From Dehalococcoidales bacterium (lineage in GTDB: Bacteria > Chloroflexota > Dehalococcoidia > Dehalococcoidales > RBG-16-60-22), in assembly GCA_050014355.1 (NCBI GenBank), contig JBEKDL010000006.1:1543-65542 (forward strand): 64,000 nt of DNA, read 5' to 3'. The position numbers were made by a program, and so were the translations under genes. Shown in pieces: positions 14,437-24,679 of this stretch (its first letter is position 1; every line of letters begins with the position of its first letter). Below the pieces are notes generated by a model, which saw only the letters and a program-made list of their open reading frames with translations, was not told the origin of the DNA and did no database searches.

Positions 14437-17400
14437 TTATTTTATATCCATCGTCAAACGCACAACAGCCGAACGCATGTTGATTTTACGCTGGTCTACC
14501 AACTCGGCAAGGCTGTGGAATCGGCGTTCAATATAGGATTCTCCTGAGGGTTCAAGAAAGATGGCATTTACTTGCTTCCCTAATTCCCATGCTTCCGCCA
14601 GCATCTCAACCCCATTTTCTCTCTCTAATGATGAACTAGCAAGGAACAGGGGAATTTCGTCCCCATCACTCACTAACTTCCACCGGAAAATGCCTTGTGT
14701 TCGTATAACTTGAGATCCGTTTGGATGTAAGAACGCTCCATGTATGTCATCCCATTGGTATTCAAGTCCCCTGAGATAATGACTTAATCGTTCAAACTGT
14801 TTAGCCTGCCTCTTCTTATGCAATAGAATATCATCCGCATCTTCACCTTCATCGTGTTTTTCATTGATATCCTTATCGGTCGAATCCGTGGATGTTACAT
14901 CTTCACCGTGAGGTGAGATGGTCTTCCCATTCGAACCTTGACCTGGAGGTTCATTTGCACTAGCGTCCTCAATGCTAGATGTCAAATCGTCCAAATCGAG
15001 GTGCTGGCGCCCGTATGCTAGGATCCATACGTCACTCCGAGCTACACAGTCTCTTATGGCTCGCTTCGACTCTTCGGTTCTAAATGATCGAGCAAGTTCT
15101 CTGACCAGTTTGTCAAATACCCCAGCAATATCGCCTGCAACATATAGAATATGATCGTACCAGGCCACAACCTCCTCTCTTTCGAGGCTAACCGGACTAT
15201 TATTCAGATACTTCTGAACGCGCAAGGAAGAAGCTGGATGCAGTTTCGTCGCTGCAAGCTTTTGCCCTGTCTTGCGATCGGCCACGTAGTCATCCGCCTT
15301 ATCGTTATCAGGAATACGAAGACCTGCAAGCAGTGTTCCAAGTGCTTTAAGCCACAATTGGTCAGATGACACAGCCTCTCCATCCAATTCAACTTTCGAA
15401 ATTCTAAGTTGCAGATGATTCTCCAGCATTAAGGGTACTTTCTCACCAAGTGAAGTCAATAAATTAGCTTCCACCATTGAAAAATCGCAAACTGTGCCCC
15501 TGATTCCCGAGAAAAGACCTTCGCCGATGGCACGGTCGCGGCACCCCCAAAGAACCTCGTTTTTGTTGATGATGCGGTTATCAAGATTGAGCCATCGACT
15601 TGACTTATTCCATACTTCGCTTGGGTACCTCGCCAGTAAATCACGTAAAGCTCGTCGATCACGTTCCGAGAGGTCGGAATTTGACGGTAAAACTTCTACC
15701 CAGTTCAAGACATCGTTTAAACCAGGCTCAACACCAACTTCCAGTCGTTCCCATAAGGCTATATCGGCTATGTCGTGGTGCAGAACGGCAACACCCGGTA
15801 GGCTTCCAGGATTGTTGCGGAAAATGGCATCAATATGCTCCCAGGTATCTTCCGCTCTCGCTAATTTCTTTGAACTGAAGGCGTCCTTAATATTACCGAT
15901 CTGTTCAATCGGCAATCGGGCCACTACCCGGTCAATCGCTTGATATAGATCACGGAGTGGTCCAATAGGTGGGTTCATAGCCTGCGAAAGATCCTCTAAT
16001 CTTTTTAGAAGTGGTTGGATGTCTGCTGGGTCAGAGCGGACACCGAAGGCGTCTAGACCTACTCGACACCACTCCTGATCCCACGATGCTTTTACGAACG
16101 GCTCAATACCTTCCAATGCACTAGTCTCAGTTGTCCGGCGGTAAAGTTCCGTTGGAAGTTGCGGATGATTAAAGTCATCGGGAATACACTCAACGGTGCG
16201 GAGCCGATGAAGCCAAGATGCCCTTGCTCCACCGGTGGTCACTTCTCGTTCGTGGTCACCCCATGTCTCAAATATGCATATCTTTGTTCGCAAATCCCAA
16301 GTTTTTGCCCATGACTGCAAAATAGCCCTAGAAAGACGCACCCAGATATCTTTATCCGTTGAGCCCTTTTCGGTCCAATAGAGCCAGAATTCCTTAGCGA
16401 AATCCCAATCGAAGATAGCATAATGTCTTGGATTATTATAATAGAAAGATGGCTGCTCACCTCCTCTAGCGCTACAGAGTTCTGTGACATTGTATCGAGA
16501 ATAAAGAAAATGCTCTGATTTTTCAGGAACTGGAAAGGCTAGGATGCCGCCGCGGTTATAAGACCTCGCCCACTTTCGCCAAACATCTTTTTCCTTTGGT
16601 TCCAAACCAGCTTCGTATTCTTCGGTAAGAACATGTGTCTTAATCCATTCCGGTGGTAACAATGATTCGATGTCGATGTCCCCCGGTACTAGACACTTAT
16701 CGTTTGTCCGCCAGGACCCATCTTGGCATAAGAATTTTATTTCTCCACCAGCGATTATTACTGGTAAATCTAATTCGGCCGCGACATGAAGAATCCGAAT
16801 CGCTTTATCCTTGTTAGAATCAACATCATTAAATATGGTTGACGCCGCAAGATTCAGGATATCTCCTATTTCTTTGGGCTGGTTCAATCCAGTTTTATCG
16901 TAACCATTTTTGACGCGAGTTAAGTCTGACTTCTCAATTCGCATCCCTGCAGCCTCGGTTAAGTGGTCCAGGTCAAGTTCAGTACTCTCAACAATTTGGC
17001 TTATGATTCGCGACCAGTTTGAGTCTAACACTTTAACCATGCTGCAAAGAAACTGCCATTGGCTATCCAGGCATCTTTCAGGAACTGACGGCAATGTAAC
17101 TATATCTTTAGCCCTGCCGAGGATGTTGCTGCCTTCCACAGGTATCAAAGCGGCTCGACGCCAGAACTGCCATATTCCTGTCATTGTTTCAACAGTTCGC
17201 TCTGCTAAACTCCATAATGGCAGGAGACTTTCTATCTTGTTTGGTCGAGGGGGCGGTTCGCATCTTTCATCCTGAAGCTTAGTAAATGCATCTTCCGCTT
17301 TGAAGATTTCGACCAATCCCCACTTTGAAAGATTCTCAATATGTTGTTGACGAACATGAGGTGCCAAAGCATTCGTCCAATCGGGAGTGAAATAGTCACA

Positions 17401-18609
17401 AGCGGTTTCCCACCCCCACACATTAATCACTTGGCGAGGTAGGGCAATCGTGCCATCCTTGCAGCCAAGCTCACTATTCGCATTCAATAGAATATCTTTT
17501 TCTTTTATGACAGTCGCAAAAGCTTGAGAAACCTGATTGCATGCTGATTGTTCTATATTAAAAGAGTAATCAGTACCTTTTGGTGGCATGAGGCTGTAGG
17601 CCTCTGCTCTGTCCGTCAAATTGAGATCTGTTCTACCTAACCAGTCCAGTAGACTTGATCCGAGTAGACGTCCAATTCTTCCCAGAAGCCAACGGTTTAC
17701 AGGTGAACTGGCCAACTCCTTTATACCACGTCGAGCAGGATCTTGAATGAACGGAGCTTGAACGCACACTGGAAGGTCGAGTTTGACGCCAGTTGGAAGT
17801 ACCACATGTAGTCGTCCTCTATCTCCTTCGGGCACATGAGCTACTACGATAACACGGCACGGAGGAAAATCTACATCACTCTCGCCACGCTCTTCCTGTA
17901 TTTCTTCGATGCAATCAGGAGGGAAATCCTCATCTTTAGAATCAATGACAAGAACTTTATCTGCAAGCCCCGTGAGCCTCACAAATTTGGAGGCAGTGCA
18001 AGGGCCAGGTTCCTCCGCTGTCATAGCAAATTTTTTATTCTCCAGATTGAAGCCCTTGATATTGTCAAAGAAAAGAAGTGGCAGGGGAGATTTCCGCCAC
18101 CGTTCAAACTCATCTTTTAAAAGTTGTTCTTTTTGCTGAGCATCCAGTCTCACTTTGATTATCGTATGTTCGGATGGTTCAGTTCCTGAAATCCATTCCG
18201 GTTCAGTAAAACGGCTCTTATTAAAGCGACAAGTAATTGTCGGCGTCGTAAGTTCAGCAATTGGTCCAAGCGAAAAAACTGATTTGAAACCAATTCCTCT
18301 AAAACCGATTGTTAATAGCCGTCTCTTGTTTGATCGGCCAAATGAACAAAGGGACTCGAACTCTTCACATGTGAAATCATGACCATTGTGCTCAAACACA
18401 AAGAAACCATCTTTAAGAAAGCCGGATGCCCATGTCGCACCAGCATCATCCGCGTTCTGAATAAGCTCTGAAAGTACATGCCGCGGGCTTTGCACTTGGC
18501 GAAACAGTTGGTACCAAGGGCCAGCTAAATCAGGATCGCCTTCAAGTTGATCCCAACGGCTTTTTGCCTTAGAGCGTATAGCTTCAAAAAAGTCTGGTTC
18601 GCGGAGCAT
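14437..18609 (-). CDS. giant sacsin/NO VEIN-like GHKL ATPase
   Basis: 1390 aa. N box SELIQNADDAGA, G box GFRGIGFKSVF, and PFIQDPARRGI...NRWLL downstream as in sacsin-type modules. Starts 6 nt after the upstream gene. Confidence 0.8.
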   Translation of the reverse strand: MLREPDFFEAIRSKAKSRWDQLEGDPDLAGPWYQLFRQVQSPRHVLSELIQNADDAGATWASGFLKDGFFVFEHNGHDFTCEEFESLCSFGRSNKRRLLTIGFRGIGFKSVFSLGPIAELTTPTITCRFNKSRFTEPEWISGTEPSEHTIIKVRLDAQQKEQLLKDEFERWRKSPLPLLFFDNIKGFNLENKKFAMTAEEPGPCTASKFVRLTGLADKVLVIDSKDEDFPPDCIEEIQEERGESDVDFPPCRVIVVAHVPEGDRGRLHVVLPTGVKLDLPVCVQAPFIQDPARRGIKELASSPVNRWLLGRIGRLLGSSLLDWLGRTDLNLTDRAEAYSLMPPKGTDYSFNIEQSACNQVSQAFATVIKEKDILLNANSELGCKDGTIALPRQVINVWGWETACDYFTPDWTNALAPHVRQQHIENLSKWGLVEIFKAEDAFTKLQDERCEPPPRPNKIESLLPLWSLAERTVETMTGIWQFWRRAALIPVEGSNILGRAKDIVTLPSVPERCLDSQWQFLCSMVKVLDSNWSRIISQIVESTELDLDHLTEAAGMRIEKSDLTRVKNGYDKTGLNQPKEIGDILNLAASTIFNDVDSNKDKAIRILHVAAELDLPVIIAGGEIKFLCQDGSWRTNDKCLVPGDIDIESLLPPEWIKTHVLTEEYEAGLEPKEKDVWRKWARSYNRGGILAFPVPEKSEHFLYSRYNVTELCSARGGEQPSFYYNNPRHYAIFDWDFAKEFWLYWTEKGSTDKDIWVRLSRAILQSWAKTWDLRTKICIFETWGDHEREVTTGGARASWLHRLRTVECIPDDFNHPQLPTELYRRTTETSALEGIEPFVKASWDQEWCRVGLDAFGVRSDPADIQPLLKRLEDLSQAMNPPIGPLRDLYQAIDRVVARLPIEQIGNIKDAFSSKKLARAEDTWEHIDAIFRNNPGSLPGVAVLHHDIADIALWERLEVGVEPGLNDVLNWVEVLPSNSDLSERDRRALRDLLARYPSEVWNKSSRWLNLDNRIINKNEVLWGCRDRAIGEGLFSGIRGTVCDFSMVEANLLTSLGEKVPLMLENHLQLRISKVELDGEAVSSDQLWLKALGTLLAGLRIPDNDKADDYVADRKTGQKLAATKLHPASSLRVQKYLNNSPVSLEREEVVAWYDHILYVAGDIAGVFDKLVRELARSFRTEESKRAIRDCVARSDVWILAYGRQHLDLDDLTSSIEDASANEPPGQGSNGKTISPHGEDVTSTDSTDKDINEKHDEGEDADDILLHKKRQAKQFERLSHYLRGLEYQWDDIHGAFLHPNGSQVIRTQGIFRWKLVSDGDEIPLFLASSSLERENGVEMLAEAWELGKQVNAIFLEPSGESYIERRFHSLAELVDQRKINMRSAVVRLTMDIK

Positions 18610-18615
18610 TAATCT

Positions 18616-21600
18616 CTATTCCTTTTCGAAATTGAAGTTGGAGAAACCAAGTGTCCGGCAATTCTCCGTCACTGTACGGATCACCTGCTCTGACGCTCCG
18701 TCTGGAATACTAATCTGTATTTCAAGAGTGGTCTCTGCCGATGCACCAGGCAAGCTAACTAAGTGCTGGACAACCTCATCCGCGACTTCGGCAATATCCC
18801 TAGAAAGGCGAGTGGGATCAAGCTGAATGGTTGCGTGAAAGCGCTTGGGTTTTACCATCTCCGCCGGTGTAATTGGCTCAATTAGGGATGGTTGAGCCGG
18901 ATGCATACCCCCTGGCACAACATCTGTGGATGACTTTCCATTTGGTTGCCTACGCTGGTCCTCCTCTATGTGCTTTTGTGCGACTTCGGGCTTAACCAGC
19001 ATGGCTTGACCATCAAGCAATACATTTATGCTACGGCAGACGCTTAAGCCTTTGTAACGCCCCTGGGTTTGATCCCATGACTCGGCAAAGGCGAAGCTAT
19101 CGGGGTTCCATGTCATAAGACGTACGCCATCAGCGATAGCCGCAACAATGACCTGGCTGTCACGAATGCGCGGCAGGTAGAGATACCGGCCAAAATCCTC
19201 TACCAGTTGTTTTATGCTGACATTATCGCCACGCCACAAAGGCACCCTATCCAGTTCCAATCGAAGTCGCGTTGCGCCTATCTGAACCAGGAGCATCTCT
19301 TCGCTCTTGAGCCGTTTGGCTGCTCTGGTTGACAGAGCTTCTTGCCCACGCACTGGCATTTCTGTCCATTCAATAACCCCCTGAGGTTTAGACTGACCCG
19401 GTACAAGCAGCCACTGATAAGTCTCAGGTATTCTTAGTTTTACAGTTTCATCAGCATTCCGGCTTTTAGTCTCGGCCTGCTTAGCTTGAAAGGCATCTAG
19501 GTTCAGCGTTTCACGTTCCTGAATTATGGATGTCCAGGCGAGGTACTGGCGTATGGATTGGTCAAGTTCCTTTAGTCGGTTGCCGTCCGCTGCGAGGAAC
19601 ACAAGCATATTCTTGTAGTTCCTTGGACTATTGCCCCGATTCTCAAGAATACTAGCGGCCTGTGTTCTAGCGGGACTAGCTTGGTCTTTAGAAATATGCG
19701 GATACTCAGGATCAAGAATGACTAAACGTGCCTCCAGTTCATCAGGTATGTCACCGCTGGGAACACATACATGGACTCGAGCGAACTCAGCCCTCGTCCT
19801 AGCTTCGCCACGAAGTCTCCTACGAATCTCATCTAGCACTGCATGATTCGCTAACTGGGCAGCCCGGTCATCGGCAAGCCTTGTAACTGACGGCTGAGTT
19901 GAGTACCAATACTTGTTGCCGTCCACATAGAGGTATGTAGCTTGATCGGTAAGCCGGCGTAGGGCGTCTCCAAAGGTGGGTACACTTTCTCCTGGCTGCA
20001 CACAACCTAGCTTGATTCTTCGCTCATCGATACCACGGTTGGCGCCTCTCAACGTAGGCGCCGATCCAATGTAGACAGTGCGAGCTACCCTCCGGCAGGC
20101 AGAATACCTGCCAAGATTGGGGTTGTCGCGGTCCAAAGTCAGTGGCAGAGATTGCGGTCCGTCAACGTCCTTCTCAATCACAGGCACCCACTGGTCTTCT
20201 AGGTATCGCGTCAATTCAAACTGCACCGCCGGATCATCGATGGGTATGCTAGCCGGCAGGATAAGTAGATTGGTATCATTACGAATCCATAAAGAATGTA
20301 TTACGGCAGCCATCAAGCGCAGGACGCCTCTCGTCCTTTGGAACTTATCTAGTGCAGACCAATCGGTATATAAACGGTCGAAAAGTTCCGGATGTATTGG
20401 ATAAGCGGCTTTTAGCCGGCGTTCGTAGTCCGCCTCTCGGCACTCATAAGGAAATTCCTGACTTTGGGTTGCATATAGGTCGGTAAAAGCACGGGCGACT
20501 GCGTCTCGTTGCACATAAAGACTGTTATCTACTATAGGCTCGAATAGTCTGCGTCGTACGATTTCAAATCCCTCATCCGTACTTGCCGGCCGCCATGAGG
20601 ACTCAACCCTCCCGACAGTATTCTTCAAACGGTCGAGAGCCATCTTACCTCGTTCGCCGCCTATTTCATTGTCAGAAGCCGGGATACTGACTACAAGCAT
20701 AGTGCCTGGAGCTGCCTTAGTTGCCTCGGTCAATGCCTGGGCAAATGTGAATTGAGTATCAAAAGTGCCTGCAGGGAGGTTAGGATCATCGTGGAGTTGT
20801 CTCGCGTAGGCCACCCATTCATCAATCAAAATCAGGCAAGGAGAATATCGCTGGAACAGCTCACGCAACCTATCTCCAGGGTTGGTTGCACTTTGGTCGG
20901 CCTCGGCAATCAATGAATAGCCATCTTTACCGCCAAGCTGCCAAGCTATCTCACCCCACAATGTGCGAGTAATAACGCCGTCGGCCTTACGATGTGGTTG
21001 CCCTGGGGAGATTTTGCTCCCTACCAGAACCACCCGGTGGACATCGTGAACAAGTGCTAATCCTGAGTCCTTGAGTATACCTTCGACTCCAGGCAGTTCG
21101 GATGCAGCTTTGCCGCTGAACAAATGATACAATGCAAGCATAGAATGCGTCTTGCCCCCGCCGAAATTGGTTTGTAGCTCCACCACCGGATCGCCACCGG
21201 TGCCACCAAGACGGCCGAGAGCGCCTGTGAGGAGGTGGATGAGTCCCCCTGTTAGAAAGGTACGACGGTAGAACTCAGTTGGATTGCGGTACTCTTCTGA
21301 ACCGCGATCAAGGTAGACCTGCCAGAGGTCAGCTGCAAACTCTGCTTGTTGGTAGCGTCCAGAGGCAACGTCAGGATGAGGTGTGACGACCTCCCGCCAT
21401 GGCTTTAACCCTCCCACCGGTTGTCCCAACATCGGCTGGACTTTGCGCATCTCTCCGCGGCGTTGCTCATCGAATCGGGTGCGGAGAAGTTCCATCTTTT
21501 GCTTGTCGATTTCATCAGCTTCCTCGGCCGCTACGGCCTGAAGAAGACGACCAATACTATCAAGACATCGGTAGGCATCGTCCGTACTGAATGGGTTTTG

Positions 21601-21897
21601 GTGAGCCCACTTGTTTCGCATGTCCCTTAATTCACTAATGAGCGAGCGTTCTGCCGGCCCGAGTGTTCGTCTGAAGACATCGTTCCACTGGTCCCACATA
21701 ACATGCAACATTGCCTGAACGTCCCAGGTGATTTGGCCACCTTTGCTGGTTGGTTTCTCCTCACTCAAGGATTGCAGTGCGACTCGAGTCCATTGGCCGC
21801 CATGAACGGACTTCATCTCACGTTCGAAGAATGGCTTAAGTCCTGCCTTTAATGTCTCAAGTGCTTTGCCTACTCTTTCGTAATTTGTTATCGCCAT
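18616..21897 (-). CDS. Swt1-like HEPN domain + DUF499 P-loop ATPase
   Basis: 1093 aa. RNKWAH (Rx4H) at 21601-21618. Walker A NFGGGKTHS, Walker B-like LILIDEW. Confidence 0.85.
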   Translation of the reverse strand: MAITNYERVGKALETLKAGLKPFFEREMKSVHGGQWTRVALQSLSEEKPTSKGGQITWDVQAMLHVMWDQWNDVFRRTLGPAERSLISELRDMRNKWAHQNPFSTDDAYRCLDSIGRLLQAVAAEEADEIDKQKMELLRTRFDEQRRGEMRKVQPMLGQPVGGLKPWREVVTPHPDVASGRYQQAEFAADLWQVYLDRGSEEYRNPTEFYRRTFLTGGLIHLLTGALGRLGGTGGDPVVELQTNFGGGKTHSMLALYHLFSGKAASELPGVEGILKDSGLALVHDVHRVVLVGSKISPGQPHRKADGVITRTLWGEIAWQLGGKDGYSLIAEADQSATNPGDRLRELFQRYSPCLILIDEWVAYARQLHDDPNLPAGTFDTQFTFAQALTEATKAAPGTMLVVSIPASDNEIGGERGKMALDRLKNTVGRVESSWRPASTDEGFEIVRRRLFEPIVDNSLYVQRDAVARAFTDLYATQSQEFPYECREADYERRLKAAYPIHPELFDRLYTDWSALDKFQRTRGVLRLMAAVIHSLWIRNDTNLLILPASIPIDDPAVQFELTRYLEDQWVPVIEKDVDGPQSLPLTLDRDNPNLGRYSACRRVARTVYIGSAPTLRGANRGIDERRIKLGCVQPGESVPTFGDALRRLTDQATYLYVDGNKYWYSTQPSVTRLADDRAAQLANHAVLDEIRRRLRGEARTRAEFARVHVCVPSGDIPDELEARLVILDPEYPHISKDQASPARTQAASILENRGNSPRNYKNMLVFLAADGNRLKELDQSIRQYLAWTSIIQERETLNLDAFQAKQAETKSRNADETVKLRIPETYQWLLVPGQSKPQGVIEWTEMPVRGQEALSTRAAKRLKSEEMLLVQIGATRLRLELDRVPLWRGDNVSIKQLVEDFGRYLYLPRIRDSQVIVAAIADGVRLMTWNPDSFAFAESWDQTQGRYKGLSVCRSINVLLDGQAMLVKPEVAQKHIEEDQRRQPNGKSSTDVVPGGMHPAQPSLIEPITPAEMVKPKRFHATIQLDPTRLSRDIAEVADEVVQHLVSLPGASAETTLEIQISIPDGASEQVIRTVTENCRTLGFSNFNFEKE

Positions 21898-21910
21898 CGC
21901 TTATCACCCC

Positions 21911-24679
21911 CTAAGACATTTCCATTCGGCCTTGTTCTGGCAATTTAGAGTCTTGCGCGAGCCGCGTTATTTCAGGCCAGGCTCTGACCAGACCGTTGTA
22001 AGCCATTGCCTCTCTAGACCAACCTTTTTTATCGCATATGGCGAATAAACGGTAAGCCAGTGAACGTGCCTCCTCACTACGACCGCCACCCAAACGCGCT
22101 ACTAGGCGTCCTGCAACTTCCTCTCCGTCAGCCTCCAGAGTCCGGATGAGCTGCTGAGTAGATTCCCATACGGTCAACCGAGCATCCTTGAGGGGGTCCC
22201 ATCCTTCCTCAAGTTCGTCCCTTTTTAGGAGACGCACTTTACCAGCCTTAGCTTGAGCCACACCTGAGTTGACCAGCCCCTGTACTGCAATATCCTTCGC
22301 CTTGGCAAGAGTCTCCGCTTCACCAAACGGGCCTTCTTCCATTCCCCTCTGTTCAAACCAGGCTAGACAAAAGCGCGTATCTCGGTCTAGGTCGCCTTCT
22401 TCCTGAGTCAGATATGCATCCAGCTCCTGGTTTATGATCTGAAGAGCGGAACGTACCGACATGGGGTTACCGTCAGCTTCTAGTACCTTCGAATAGCGGG
22501 AGAATACCGCCATCCCGGGTCCAATAGACGCCTGAGTTAGGTCAACCGGTGCAACACCCCCACTGATGAGTAACTTTAGCTGGCTAGGCATTTCTTTTCT
22601 TAAAGCCGCTATGAATTCCTTCCGTGTCGCAAGTGGTGCATCCTCTGGCCGAGGACGGCAGGCGATGACAATAGAGGACGCCAGTGCATTAGCATTATAG
22701 TCTCGCAAGCCGCCTGACCGTTCTGTTCGCATCGGCCAAGTGGCAGTAATCTGAAATCCTGCTTTCAATAGTCCGTCGAGCATCTTTTCCCATCCAGTTG
22801 ATGAAGCAGTTACGCCATTCCCGTCATCATCTCCAAGCTCTTGTTGCTTGAAAGCGTAGTAGACAGTCAGAGGATACTCCGGGTTAGAGTGTTGTCTCAT
22901 CAGGGTAAAAGCTTTGCCTAGACCGATTTCAAAATGCTCCTCTGCTTTCCTACCATCACCATTGAACCGGAAAGGTGAAGCTATTAATTCCTGCGCCTTG
23001 GGCGTGAGCACAGTCGAAAAAAGTTCGGGATATACATTGGCTAGACTTCTCCTTAGCCAGATATAGAAGAAGTCTGAGAGGTCAGCATATCCGATGTTAT
23101 CATAGTATGGCGGGTCAGATGCAATCAGTGGAGCGTTAGTTTTTTGCTTTGGAAGAGCGATAGAGGCATCGAGTTGATCCACAGTGCCCAATGGCTGTCT
23201 AACAGGAGTCCTCTCCAGGCACTCTGCCACGAGACCTACTGAATCCTGCCAGTTGCCCGTTGACTCGCTGAACGGATTTGATTCCGCAAAGTCCCAGGTC
23301 ATCGGTATAGCCTGACGGGCAAAAGTCTGCTCAATTTTTTCGCCACCTGTATTCCAGATACATATAGTGGAACCACGGTTCGCTAAGCGGTCAACAGTAA
23401 AAGCAAGGTATGTACTGACAGCGTCTGCGTAAGCTAGAGCTCCAGATCCGCCAGACGAAAACCCTTTCGCATCGTTCGTCATACCTGCTCGCACTGCATC
23501 TTCGAACACCCGCTTCCGTGCTTCTGTGACCAGGTCGGAAAACGTGGTTAGAGCGAGAAGCTGACGTTTAGTGAATAGGTCGGCGTGACTTGTCATCCCG
23601 TAGGCTTGCACACGAAACCCTAATGCTTTCTCAGGAAGATTCGTTTTCGGAAATGATCTTGGGATGGCCCCTAAAGCTAATACTTCGTGTTTTTCAATTG
23701 GGGGTATGTACAAACGTTGTGTTCGTCCGTCAACAACAATTGCCATTAGCCTGTAACCCAATCGCGCCTCACGGCCTTGAGCCCTAATTTCTTCAAAGGG
23801 CAAAGACGTGTTACATACCGGGCACCTAGCACCTTGACGATTCACAGTACCTGCGATTCCTGCAGCGCTTCCTGCCTGTACTCGGAATCGTACTCTCTTG
23901 TTATCTCTGTCTGGCTCTAATCCGACAGAGTACCTCCGGCCCTCTTTGCTAGACAAGGTAAGTGAGCGAATAAGAGGTAATTCAAAATTACAGGCCGGAT
24001 TTGAGCACTTTGCTGTACGCGCCCAAAGCCACGCAATCACAGTCTCTCCACTAGGGGCCTTTGGGTAGAATTGTCCGATGCTTTTCTCAGCCTCATTCCT
24101 CATCCACCGTCCGTAGTATCTCACGTCGGCAGCAAGTCCAGCTGCCCCTTTCCATACTGCAGAGTCAGCCGTGCCCTTCCGCAATTCAGGATTAACAGGG
24201 TGCCGTCCATCAAATATGGAAGGTATCTCAATTAATGCCTTGGTAATAAGTACAGCTACGGGGTTTAAATCCGAAGCAGAAACAGACAGCCCCAAACGTT
24301 GGCCCTCCAGTGGGATAGAACCACCCCCACAGAACGGGTCTAAAACTGACGGTACAACGCCTTTGGTGGCCCGGCGTATCTCCCTCCTTGCGGTCTCAAG
24401 TACTGTCTCGTTCGTGGTATTCTCCCACTCAACGAGTCGCTCGATAATGTTGAAAAGTCGTTCGCGCTCCTTAGAAGCCTTGTCCTCCGGCAGATCGTTA
24501 CCCGGGTCATCAATTAATGAAGCGAAAAGTACAGCCCGACACGCTGCCAGCGGCCGTCGTGCCCACCAAATATGTAAAGTTGAGGGATGGCCATGCCTGA
24601 TCGATTTCTCTCGCGCTGAAGCGGCGTTGATTGCCTCAAGAGGCAAGGCTACCTCAATCAGCTTTTTACGGTAGGTCAT
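21911..24679 (-). CDS. DUF1156-type DNA methyltransferase (N6A/N4C class)
   Basis: 922 aa. LPLEAINAASAREKSIRHGHPSTLHIWWARRP, DPFCGGGS (SAM pocket), DPPYYD (catalytic), CSNPAC...CPVC zinc ribbon. Confidence 0.9.
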   Translation of the reverse strand: MTYRKKLIEVALPLEAINAASAREKSIRHGHPSTLHIWWARRPLAACRAVLFASLIDDPGNDLPEDKASKERERLFNIIERLVEWENTTNETVLETARREIRRATKGVVPSVLDPFCGGGSIPLEGQRLGLSVSASDLNPVAVLITKALIEIPSIFDGRHPVNPELRKGTADSAVWKGAAGLAADVRYYGRWMRNEAEKSIGQFYPKAPSGETVIAWLWARTAKCSNPACNFELPLIRSLTLSSKEGRRYSVGLEPDRDNKRVRFRVQAGSAAGIAGTVNRQGARCPVCNTSLPFEEIRAQGREARLGYRLMAIVVDGRTQRLYIPPIEKHEVLALGAIPRSFPKTNLPEKALGFRVQAYGMTSHADLFTKRQLLALTTFSDLVTEARKRVFEDAVRAGMTNDAKGFSSGGSGALAYADAVSTYLAFTVDRLANRGSTICIWNTGGEKIEQTFARQAIPMTWDFAESNPFSESTGNWQDSVGLVAECLERTPVRQPLGTVDQLDASIALPKQKTNAPLIASDPPYYDNIGYADLSDFFYIWLRRSLANVYPELFSTVLTPKAQELIASPFRFNGDGRKAEEHFEIGLGKAFTLMRQHSNPEYPLTVYYAFKQQELGDDDGNGVTASSTGWEKMLDGLLKAGFQITATWPMRTERSGGLRDYNANALASSIVIACRPRPEDAPLATRKEFIAALRKEMPSQLKLLISGGVAPVDLTQASIGPGMAVFSRYSKVLEADGNPMSVRSALQIINQELDAYLTQEEGDLDRDTRFCLAWFEQRGMEEGPFGEAETLAKAKDIAVQGLVNSGVAQAKAGKVRLLKRDELEEGWDPLKDARLTVWESTQQLIRTLEADGEEVAGRLVARLGGGRSEEARSLAYRLFAICDKKGWSREAMAYNGLVRAWPEITRLAQDSKLPEQGRMEMS

